Shown here piece after piece: positions 38,978 through 49,439 of a stretch of DNA of 64,000 nucleotides. The DNA comes from Mobula birostris. Its lineage: Eukaryota. Within the stretch, counting starts at the first letter, position 1. The number at the start of each line of letters is the position of its first letter. The translations under genes were made by a program, and so were the position numbers. The notes beneath the pieces were generated by a model that was given only the letters and a program-made list of their open reading frames with translations, had not been told where the DNA came from and ran no database searches. The DNA lies in contig NC_092379.1 in the NCBI RefSeq assembly GCF_030028105.1, positions 27,769,821 through 27,833,820 on the forward strand. Direction: 5' to 3'.

Positions 38978-41657
38978 ATAACACACATAAAATGCTGGTG
39001 GACCGCAGCAGGCTAGGCATTATTTATTCTATGCGATGGTGGAGGAAGGGAAGCCCCTTTCTTTAAACCGGAAGACAGTTCCTTCGTCCTGGATTGACAA
39101 GCCTCATCCTGAGAGCAGATACTGCGGAGACGGAGCAATTCCGAGAAGAGGATGGCATTTTTGAAGAGACAGGGTGGGAAGAAGAATTGTCCAGGTAGCT
39201 GTGGGAGTCCGTGGGCTTATCGTGGATATCAGGAAATACGCTGTCGCCAGAGACAGAGACAGAGAGATCAGGAAAGGGGCGGGCGGTGTCGGAAATTTCC
39301 CAGGTAAACGTGTGGGCAGGGTGAAAGTTGGAGGCAAAATTAATGAAGGAAACGAGCTCAGCATGCGTGCAGGACGCAGCAGCAATGCAGACGTCAATGC
39401 AGCGAAGGAAAAGTGGGGGACAGAAACTAGTATAGGCTTGGAACATGGACTGTTCCAGAAAGAAGACATAAAGATAGGCATAGCTGGAGCCAATACGGTG
39501 CCCATTGCTACACCTTTAGTTTGGAAGAACTCGGAGGAGCCAAAGGAGAAATTATTAAGAGAAAGGACCAATTCCGCTAGACGGGGAGGAGTGGTGGTCG
39601 AGGCGAAATGGTTAGGACTGGAATCCAAAAAGCACCGGAGAGCTTTGAGACCTTCCTGGAGGGGGTTGGAGGTATACAGGGACTGGACATCCATGGTGAA
39701 AATAAGGCAGTGGGCGCCAGGGAACTTAAAATCACCGAAACAATTCAGAGCGTGAGAAATGTCGCGAACATAGGTGGGAAGCGATTGAACAAATCGAGTG
39801 TATGCAGAAATGAGTTCGGCGGGGCAGGAGTAGCTGAGACAATGGGTCTACCTGGACAGGCAGGTTTGTGGATCTTGGGTAGGAGTTAGAAACGGGATGT
39901 ATAGGGTTTGGGAACTGTAAGGTTTGCTTTGGGGAACAGTCCATGTTCCAACCATATACTGTTATCCGTCCCCGACTTTTCCTTCGCTACATCGACTACT
40001 GCATTGGCGCTGCTTCGTGCACCCATGCTGAGATCGATGATTTCATTAACTTTGCCTCCAACTTTCAACCTGTCCTCAAATTTACCTGTTCCATTTCTGA
40101 CATCTCCCTCCCCTTCCTTGATCATTCTGTCTCTATCTCTGGAGACAGACTAGCTACTGATGTCTACTATAAACCCACGGACTCTCACAGCTACCTGGAC
40201 TATGCCTCTTTCCACCCTGTCTCTTGCAAAAATGCCATCCCCTTCTCGCAATTCCTCCGTCTCCGCCGCAGCTGCTCTCAGTCTGAAGTTTTTTTTTTTT
40301 TGTTTGTTTTTTTTTATTCAAGGACGAAGAAGATGTCTTCATTTTTAAAGAAAAGGGCGTCCCTGCCTCCACCATCAACTCTGCTGTCAAACGCATCTCG
40401 CCATTTCACGCACGTATGCTCTCAACCCATCCTGCCGCCACCTCACTAAGGGCAGTGTTCCCCTTGTCCTCACCTATCACCCCACCAGCCTTTGGGTCCA
40501 ACATAGAATTCTCCGTAACTTCTGTCACCTCCAACGGGATCCCAGCACCAAACAGATCTTTCCCCCGCCCCCCGCCTTCAACTTTCCACAGAGATCGCTC
40601 CCTATGCGTCTCCCTTGTCCATTCGTCCCCTACTCCCCCCCCAATCCTTTCCCACCGATCTCCCTCCCGCCATTTATCCTTGTAAGCGGAACAGGTACTA
40701 CACCTGCCCTTACACTTCCTTCCTCACCACCATTCAAGGCCCTAGACAGTCTTTTCAGGAGAGGCGACACTTCACCTGTGTCCTGACGAAGGGTCTCGAC
40801 CTGAAACGTCGACTGCACCTCTTCCTACAGATGCTGCCTGGCCTGCTGCATTCACCAGCAACTTTGATGTGTGTTACTTCACCTGTGAGTTGGCTGGTGT
40901 GATCTGCTGCGTCCGGTGCTCCCAGTGTGGCCTTCTATATATTGGTGAGACCCCACACCGGCTGGGAGACCGTTTGTTTAAACACCTACATTCGGTCCAC
41001 CAGAGAAACAGGATCTCCCAGTGGCCATCCATTGTAATTCCACATCCCATTCACATTCTGATATGTCAATCCATAGCCTCCTCTACTGTCAAGATGAAGC
41101 CACACTCGGGTTGGAGGAACAACACCTTATATTCCTTCTTGATAGCCTCCAACCTGATGGCATGAACATTGATTTCTCTAACTTCCGTTAATGCCCCCCT
41201 TCCATTCTTATTCCATCCCTTATTAACTTCATTCCCCCCTTCTTTTTCCCTTTTTTTCTTTTCTCTTCCTTCTTTCTTCTCGCTCTGTCCCTCTCACAAT
41301 CACTCTTTTCCTGCTCTCCATCTTCCTCTGTGCTCCCTTCTCTTTTCCTTCTACCTGGTCTTCCTGCCCCATGATCCTACCCCTTCTCCAACTCTGTATC
41401 CCCTTTCCTTATAAACTTTCCAGCTCTTAGGTTCTTCCCTCCCCTCCTGTCTTCTCCTATCATTTACGATCTACCGTCCCCCCTCCCACTTGCAAGTCTC
41501 TGACTATTTCTTCTTTCAGTTAGTCCTAACGAACGGTCTCGGCACGAAACTTGGACTGTATTTCTTCCTATAGAAACTGTCTGGCCTGATGCGTTCCACA
41601 AGCATTTTGAGCGTATTGCTTGAATTTCCAGCAGGTGCGGATTTTCTTGTATTTGCG
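38978..41657. mobile_element. Penelope-like retroelement insertion with two head-to-head arms and a 12-bp TSD
   Basis: Minus arm about 38978-39920 (MDVQSLYTS, GVAMGT). Plus arm about 39925-41657 (FLRYID, YYKPTDSHSYLDY, GIY-YIG-like LYIGETPHRLGDR). TAATTCTATAGG flanks both ends (38966-38977, 41658-41669). Confidence 0.85.
40778..40815 (+). ncRNA. Minimal type I hammerhead ribozyme motif (PLE-associated)
   Basis: gtc-CTGACGA (40783-40789)-agg gtctcga cct-GAAAC-GTC (40808-40810)-gac: intact core, 3-bp stem II, palindromic ACGT helix III, 3-bp stem I. Activity is untested. Confidence 0.7.
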
Positions 41658-43158
41658 TAATTCTATAGGGTGATACGTTGCTGAACATTTTCCGCGTCCT
41701 CCTGCATTAAGAGACGAAAATTATGAGCAGCCACGTTTTCCACCGGTTCGGAGGCGTGGGGTTGGTGGGGTTACTGTTTTGACGTTTTCGCATTCTCAAG
41801 GGGTAGACGGACAATACAGAATAATCAGCATGAACAGAGATGAAGCATTTGTCTAATTTCCCTTCCCATCGAAAGGCATAGAACGCTCAATCGGGTAGTT
41901 CCAGTAGAACGATAGTTGAACGTGTTGATCCGGAAGCACCTTAATTTTGTGTTATACGGAAGGCGCTGCAATGCTGCAAGGCAGGCATGTGGACCATAAC
42001 ACACTTCAGGCACCAAACTGAATCAAGCTCTCTTTCTCTTTCTCTCTCTAAATTTTCCCATATTCATATTGCACTGTCTCTCAGAAATCCGCACTCTCTT
42101 CTTTGTCCTGTCCTCGTATCTTTACTACTTTCCTGCACCCATCCTGCTTCGGTTCCCCTCCATTTTACGGCAGTCTGATTTTAATTTCTTTATGTCTCCG
42201 TCTTTGCGGATTTTTTTCCCAACTTCTCATGTTTGCTTTTCATTCTATTCTCCTGCTGCCACTCCCCTCACCTTCCTCCTCTATTTGATCCTCTCAGTCT
42301 CTTAACAGCTCTCTCGCTGATACCACAGACGTTTTTCGACCTATCTGTTTTTCAGTACTTTCTGCCAGGTTCCGTTTCCAAACACTCTCTTCGTCTCTCC
42401 ATCCCACCGTTTCCCCGTCCGCCAACCATAACTCCCTCATCCATGTCTTCAGATCTCTTTCTTAATATATGTTTGCATTTTATTTACCTATCTCTGTTGT
42501 CCGTTCTTGGAACTAGATATCTCTGTCCTACTTTCTCTGCTTTCAGCCCAGTCAGAACATGCCTATCCACGTATTACAGCGACATCCGCAAAATTGTTAT
42601 TTTCCGTATTGTGTCATTACATATATCATCGTTATTGTGCATAACCAATTGAATCAGCAGTGTTCAATTCTGCGGCATCTTACAGAGTATTGATTGCCTG
42701 AAGGAAAACATGTATTCCGCAAACGTTGTCTCCGTCAGTAGCCAGCTTCTTATCCATGCCACATAGATTTTAGCTTCTGCAGTTGCCTTCACTATTATGT
42801 AGTTCTGCACGCTTTCTAGGATTTTACAAACCCAGCATCTCAAGGTTCCTGTCACAACTGACTGCTACACACTCAAGATATTCTGAAAAAAATGTCAAAG
42901 TGGATATCCAGGAAATCATCCATTACATTTGTAGAAAACAATAACCAGCGAGGTCCGGGCAAAGTTTTGTGAGATTCCTGTTTATATCGATAGCGTAAAT
43001 TCAAGTACCATTTTTTTTTAATGTTAGTGCGAAGGTGATTACTAGTATCGCGAAGTTAAGATTACAACGTAACCCCCGCTGTTTTAAGGGTATGCGTCCC
43101 TTCATGACATTGCACTAAACGCACCCTATAAGTAACGCTCCTTACATCACGCTGGACA

Positions 43159-43631
43159 AAGTTTTGTTCCATGTCGCCATAGCAATGTAAAAATCCTGAC
43201 TGTGCGGTACCGGGAGACACAGCGGCGTCGGATACAAGAACCAGGTTGATGCTTAAATGATCCACATTGCTTGTCTTTTTCAAAGCAGAGGGAAAAAATC
43301 ATTAGACACTCTGGATGCCAGTTTTCCTTTGCTTTCTTCAGCGTCAACAAATAGCTCGAAGGTTTGTTGCGATAATAATGGTAATAAATATATATGCGAG
43401 AGCACACGTGTAAGTACAGTTCAGCATTATGGTGCGTCCTTCCTCACCGGCTGAAGAAAAGAGCACCTGAGTCACTGAAGCTTTCGCAATCTTTCCTGCA
43501 AAAAAACAAAAAAGACAAGATTTCTGAACAGCGTAGTTTGCACTGAACGCACGGGAAACACAACGATCTATTCCACAGTGTTTTATCGGGCAGGAAAGCA
43601 ATACAATCGGTACGGAATAGAGGGAACCCAT
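43159..43631 (-). pseudogene. TCR V pseudogene (exon from 43495)
   Basis: GKIAKASVTQVLFSSAGEEGRTIMLNCTYTCALAYIF, then frameshifts, then DHLSINLVLVSDAAV. Trp41 and Cys104 are lost, the heptamer is eroded, the nonamer is ACAAAACTT (43167-43159), and the leader donor reads AT instead of GT. Confidence 0.85.
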
Positions 43632-44478
43632 GCTCAATCTCCAAGGAAAGCCAGGTAACTTTAAAGAAGGTAATGCCACGTATTCGATCCTGAGGATTGA
43701 GATCGAGTACGCAGTACGCAGCACCCCTCTGTTTGTGCAACGTTTGCTTCTGCAGTTCTACTGTTAAATTGTCCAGGATAGCAGAATTGGGCCCACCCAA
43801 TCCAAATGCGGATAGTTTAGTTTTATTCTCTGCTTCCTCCACGTTGTCTGTAAATTATCTTCTATTCGTCGATTTATTCTGCCTCTGTCTCTCTTTTTCT
43901 GTCTCTTTCAGTCTCTGTCTCTTTCTCTCTCTTTCACTGTCCCTCTCATTAACTCTATCGATTGATTGCTCTGTCTCTCGCCTGGCTCTGACTTTGCAGA
44001 ATGCCTTTCCTGATCAATCTGCTACTCGTTGCCAAAACGAAAGTGACATTGCACCTCAAACTGAATGCTAAACAAAGAAATCGACCATTTATTCCTCAGT
44101 CCTATACTGACAGTGAGACAAACATCGGTCATTGCCATTTGATGACGAGAGTTTTTATTTTTCTCTACAACCGCCTTTAGAGTTAAAAGCTATGCAATGT
44201 AGAGACCATATGCTCCCAAGGATTCCAAGATTTTTCATGAAATCAAGCAAAAGCATTTGTCCCACAGTTAATAAAGTGCACCGAATCTTCGCAAAGTACC
44301 TTTGTGAGCGTCTGCGTCTGACATGAATTCAATCGTACGTTCGGTAGTTTGAACGACTGAACTTGGTGAGAGTCGCCTATCTGAAATGGACCAAGTGATG
44401 CTCACTGAGTTGTGTTCGTCACCTTTCGTGTTTCCGAAAAGCGTGCCGCTGGTGAACGCTCTTGTTAAACTCCATGTC

Positions 44479-44860
44479 ATATTTTGTTCGGATCCTGTAT
44501 CTTCTTCCAACAGTGTGGTGGTCATGTCACAAATTTACACTGCAGTGTACGATAGAAGAGCCGCGAGGCCGAAGAGATATTTATATAAACCATCATAAAC
44601 CAGATATTTACATAAACCAGAAAATACTAGTCCTATTGTACATCTTGTAATTTTAGTTCTATATTATTGGCTCCAATCTCCAACAGTTACATCAAGAGGG
44701 TACTGCACCATTGAATCTGTCCCGTTTGTTCCTACAGCAAAAGACAGAATGTCTAAACAGCCCAGCTCATCATTCAACACAAGTAGCACATGTTTTAAGT
44801 TTTTGCACATACTCATCGGACAGTAGCAAAAGTATATGGAGTTAGGTAAAGAGGATGGTC
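44479..44860 (-). pseudogene. TCR V pseudogene with internal deletion (exon 44731-44518)
   Basis: GTNGTDSMVQYPLDVTV...IFWF, deletion, then YINIS...TAV*ICDM. RSS: CACACTG (44517-44511), 23 nt, ACAAAATAT (44487-44479). The leader donor reads ATGAGT. Confidence 0.8.
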
Positions 44861-45883
44861 TAGAGTTGGTGTTGATAAATTCTTTCAGAAATTTACCAGC
44901 ATTTTAGCAATACTGGAGGATAAGGTCAGATTCACGATGAATGAGGCGGATAACTTAATGTCAAAGGATTCGTTTATAAAATATAAATAAGCTTCGATCA
45001 AAATGGCCGTTGAGCTTAAGTCAATGTCAATGTTTGGCTGTGTGTTTTTCAGTTGATATTCCATTATCACACCGCCTCACTTTCCATCTTTCATTAGAAT
45101 TCAATATAATTGTTCAGTTTTATCGTATCTCCCTCTAATCCTACGTAGAATGCGTCGTGTATTCAGCGATTAGCCATAAGATTCTGCCGTCTTCCAATTC
45201 GATTTCGTGTAATACGCGATTAATTCACTAAATGTATATACATATACACACATACACACACATATACATATACATATGCATATATATACATTGCAAGTTG
45301 CTACGACACTGGTAGAATGTCACCGTTTAAATCCAGCACTTTAGACTCGCTGTACCTGGGTGTAAGTCACTGCGGTTCAGCCACATCCGCTAGTGCTGGC
45401 TGAATACATTACACGGGGTAAGAATAAAGTAAACACCTGTGACTAGGCATCACGAAAGGTCGCAAGATCCAAAGGCAGATTACTTTCAAAAAGTAATATA
45501 GCTTACCGAAAATAAGTAATAAGATAAACATTTCTGAGCAGTGAAATATTTCTCTTCCCCTTCTCTCTCTCTCTCTGTCTCTCTCTCACTCCTTTTCACT
45601 ATCAATCTATCTATCCCTATCTCTGTCTCTATTTATATCTATCTTTCTCTTTTTCTATTTCCATCTCTATCATTCTGTTTCTCTGTTTTCATCCTGCTAT
45701 TTCACTCCTTCTCTCTATCTACCTATCTACGTAAGTACCGCACACCTATAACTAACAGCAGGCTGTTGCTAACTTCGCCCGGTTCAGCGCACCAATTGGA
45801 CATCGCTGTTTCTTGTGTGATTCCTTTATTCTTTCCGGCTGGCCGCGTCCTCTGGGGAGTACTATCAACATTACATAGGTTGT

Positions 45884-46378
45884 TTTTTTTGTCCGGATCA
45901 TAGAACATAGAACATAGAACATCTTCGTGCAGCAGTGTGGGTCCTACGGCACAGGGATACATGGCAGTGCTCAAGACAAGAGCTCCAGAGACACTTAAGT
46001 GAGCAACCTGACTGTTTTCCTTTAAAGAACCGGTAAACCTCTACGGAGATTCTGGAGACCGATCTATCCTTGTGTTACGTAGCTTCATCAAGTATTGTAG
46101 ACCTCCCCATTGAAGCTGAATGTACCAAAAATGTATCTATTGGCTATTGAGTAATTACAGTTCAGCATTACGGTCCGTTCTTCCACAATCGGTAATTCAA
46201 GAGGCTCCTGTGTAACTGAATCTTTCGCACTCGTTCCTGCAATAGATAACAGAATATGTGAGGTGGCCGGACTTACATTGAACCCAAATTAACAGACTGA
46301 CGGCTATCGCAGTAACTCACCTGGCAACATAGCTATTATAATCAGTAAGAAGCAGTTGGCACACATGATTTCTAGCAT
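45884..46378 (-). pseudogene. TCR V pseudogene with expanded RSS spacer (leader 46378-46321, exon 46236-45940)
   Basis: Leader MLEIMCANCFLLIIIAMLP-G is intact. There is a 1-nt loss in the T-run before Trp, an in-frame TAG (ESP*), and STAMYPCAVG. The heptamer CACACTG (45939-45933) is separated from ACAAAAAAA (45892-45884) by 40 nt. Confidence 0.9.
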
Positions 46379-47344
46379 CAAGCTCGATTACATTCAATCA
46401 AGCAGATTATCTTCAATAAGCTATTACAACTCAGACGAATGTTCAATGAGGTCATGTGCGCAGCACCTCCCACTTTGTGAAATACTTGGGGACGTTTCCC
46501 TGTTTGTTTCGGAAATAAGAACTGATCATTTATGTGTACCAATTGGAATGCTTTTCGATCCGTTTCTCTACATATTTATGTCTCATTCTCTGTCTATTCC
46601 ATTCTCTCGTTCTCTCTGACTCTCACTTTCTTTCTCTACCTTCCCGACCCCATTCTCCCTTCGGGTTGACAATCTCTCAGTTCCTTTCTAGAAAGTAAAA
46701 GGGCGCTGTTTCTGCGGGCTCCCCTTGAATCTAAACCGAGCTTATTCGGAAAAGCAACTGAGCTGAGTGTTATTCAATGATATTCTGGAAATTCTGGAAA
46801 CTTATTTCAAAGCTCAAAGTACTGTTATACTCAAATATGTATACTACATTCAAACCAGATTCGTTTCCTTACGAGCAATCACCGAACGAAGAGTGAAAAT
46901 AGAACACATTAAAAAAAGTTCAGTCAAACGCACAATATGCAGAGGAAACTACGTTGCTGACAAGAGAAGTAAGAAAATGGCATTGAAAACTGAATTTCAC
47001 GAAAGATAGAACACAGCTACGCAGGCAGTCATAATTTCAGGCGTTTACCAACTACATTAGTCGGAGTCCAGAGCAACAGTTCATCATCTGGACGAGTAAA
47101 CGTCACCATGGCCCGAGCTGAATACCTGGCCGTACCTTGCATCCGGTTCCGAGCTCCAGAACTATCCAATCAGGCACGGCGCTTAGCACTTCCGAGTATT
47201 TGTCGTCCCTTGCTCTCCGACACGTGACTTGCAGATTCGTTACGGTCTCGATTCCATTCCCCGACAAAATAATTCTTTATGCGCCCTTTCTGGTTTTCCA
47301 GTACCAGGCGCCCTCTTCTGTCCGCGCATTGCATCGCCCTTTGC

Positions 47345-47769
47345 ATGTTTGGGCCTGATTGGCCATTTCAGTACGACGTTATGGGCGCTATCGCACAGAG
47401 GCACACGACGGAATCGGAAGCAAGAAACTCAGGTATCTTGAAATAAGTTAGTCTGCTGCCTCATTAATCCGGCAGTAAACCTCGCCGCTGTTTCAAAGGA
47501 CACTCTGAATTTGCAGACCTGTAAACTTACCGAACGATTGTAAAGTGTTCGCAAAGTACAGTTCAGTGTTACAGTGTGTTCCTCCTCAACTGTGAATTGA
47601 AAAGGGTTCTGTGTCACTGATTCATTCGGGATCGACTCTCCGGTAAACGAAAACAAATGTCGAAACATGTCACAATCACAATCAAGCTACAGAATACAAA
47701 CTTGAGATATTTGCAGTGCGTTACCGTGCAATACGACGAAATTAATCAGGAGGTACGGAGAGAACTCAT
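47345..47769 (-). pseudogene. TCR V pseudogene (exon about 47637-47384)
   Basis: ESVTQNPFQFTVEEEHTVTLNCT...ARFTAG...FLASDSVVCLCAIA. The WYxQ region is deleted, the RSS is eroded (CATAACG, 23 nt, CCCAAACAT), and the leader is frameshifted. Confidence 0.8.
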
Positions 47770-47947
47770 GGTAGGATTCAATCGCGTTTGAACACCAGAG
47801 TTTTCTAAGAAAAAAATCATTAAATAAGTTTGAAAATGGAGATTGTGATTGGTTGGCTTTCTGAAAGTCGGGGAGGGTTGATATCAAGCTGAGTTTAAGC
47901 TGATGAAACCGAAAACCGAATCTGGACCAATATTTCGACCTACTTTC

Positions 47948-48106
47948 NNNNNNNNNNNNNNNNNNNNNNNNNNNNNNNNNNNNNNNNNNNNNNNNNNNNN
48001 NNNNNNNNNNNNNNNNNNNNNNNNNNNNNNNNNNNNNNNNNNNNNNNNNNNNNNNNNNNNNNNNNNNNNNNNNNNNNNNNNNNNNNNNNNNNNNNNNNNN
48101 NNNNNN
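47948..48106. other. Assembly gap
   Basis: Run of N. Confidence 1.
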
Positions 48107-48500
48107 CACCCAATAGGCTGCAATGTTATAATCAATTTACCTTCAACTTGACATTATTGTCATTGACATTTCGGCCTGTAAAGACTTTCTATCGCTAAGG
48201 CACCCTCAACCCAGACTGTGGCAACCGTCAGAGAATCTTCTAGAGCGGTTAATGAGCATGTCCAGCAAGTTATCTATATCTACAACATGTTCTAGGCAAC
48301 AGAGAGAACCGGAAATTTAGATGTCCCTATTAGGCTTTTTTTTTAATTTTATCTTTCTTTATTCAATATTGATTTCCGTAACTAATCCTCATAACTGGCC
48401 GTGAGTGAAACTCATTGCGTTATATTCAACCCCGCTGTTTCGTGTCTGTTCGTTCAGTTCCTGTTTCTGCAGGAAGCGCACAGTCTGGTGATGGTAGATC

Positions 48501-48745
48501 CGGTTTTGACCGTAACCGCCATCCCAATTCAATAGTGTGTGCTGGGCAGCACATGGATACACCATAAAATCATGAGGAAAGGCTTTACTGATGCATAAAT
48601 TAACCATCTCCCAGTGTTTCCGAAAAAGCAGCTGTAAAGCCCACCAGGCATCGTGGAGACAGCCGCTTCTTTCATCAGTTAAATTCCCTCTAAAATTCTT
48701 TTGTAGACTCATCTCGGTACTGAAAATACGGACAATTATTTGCAT
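48501..48745 (-). pseudogene. TCR V pseudogene, 3' relic
   Basis: VNLCISKAFPHDFMVYPCAAQ, then CACACTA (48539-48533), 23 nt, TCAAAACCG (48509-48501). YFQYRDES upstream resembles FR2. The 5' end is not resolved. Confidence 0.65.
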
Positions 48746-49439
48746 GAATTTTCCTAAAACTACCGTTCATTCTTATTATTTATCCTTCTGCAATCCCGTT
48801 TGGCAGAACGCCTCTGGAGATACAGTTTGTAGGCAGCAATCTCTGAGCCGCCGGACTCACTGGTGAGAACTCCACCATTCTTAGGCTCCGTGCGTCTCAG
48901 GTAGATGTGCCTTGGATTCGGCCAAATTGGTGAGTTTGTGATGTCTCGCCCACCCGAATTCCTGTGTGTGTGAATACTCTTTAACTTACTGCCCAGTGCA
49001 ATCGCCCCTCTGCGAAAATAGCAGATACGACCTGCTCACATTTCTCATGAAAGTATAGTTAAAATTGCTAACTTACCAAAGACTTATTAAGGAAAAGACG
49101 GTAAATTCAAAAAGGCAAAAAAAATGGGTCCATTATAATTGAACAGTCAATTGGGTATAGTTTGCAGCTCAGATCTTCCAAAGGCCGGTATTTCCAAGGT
49201 GTATTAATGGATCCTCGTTAGATTTCCCCCTCCTGATATCTATCTAATCGCGCATCCCCGGCAGATCGAATCCTACCGCGGTTCTTTCCGGCATTTTCTC
49301 TCAGCCACCGAAAATAATCTTGACCCATCTCAAAGTCCTTCACAAAAACCTCTCCATGAGCGTTCACAAGATTCTCCCGCCGGTTCTGCAAACCCCTTTG
49401 GATGACACTATATACCTCGGCATCCCTTATCTGTACAGG

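Larger units (their letters stand above)
38695..41848 (-). pseudogene. TCR V pseudogene split by a Penelope-like insertion (leader about 41848-41800, exon 5' part 41701-41658, 3' part 38977-38734)
   Basis: 5' piece: cAG|GA...KCSATYHPIEL. 3' piece: PIELIVNGWQII...WYVQHQEKSL...SHLNM...DFTVYL*SME. Degenerate RSS: CAGACTG (38733-38727), 23 nt, ACGACAACC (38703-38695). Confidence 0.8.

Noticed and set aside
42655-42855. Acceptor-like cAG|GA, IYVAWIR and AACACTG, a possible V relic
   Set aside because: Only about 185 nt long, with no correctly spaced nonamer and weak similarity.
44268-44525. 85-aa ORF with FTSGTLFG and a GT donor, J-like or C-domain-like
   Set aside because: The ORF starts in the RSS of a V pseudogene, lacks FGxG and has no 12-RSS upstream.
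46125-46135. Idea that the 46 kb V is functional and the T5 (versus T6) run is a sequencing error
   Set aside because: An independent in-frame TAG and the 40-nt RSS spacer disable it anyway.
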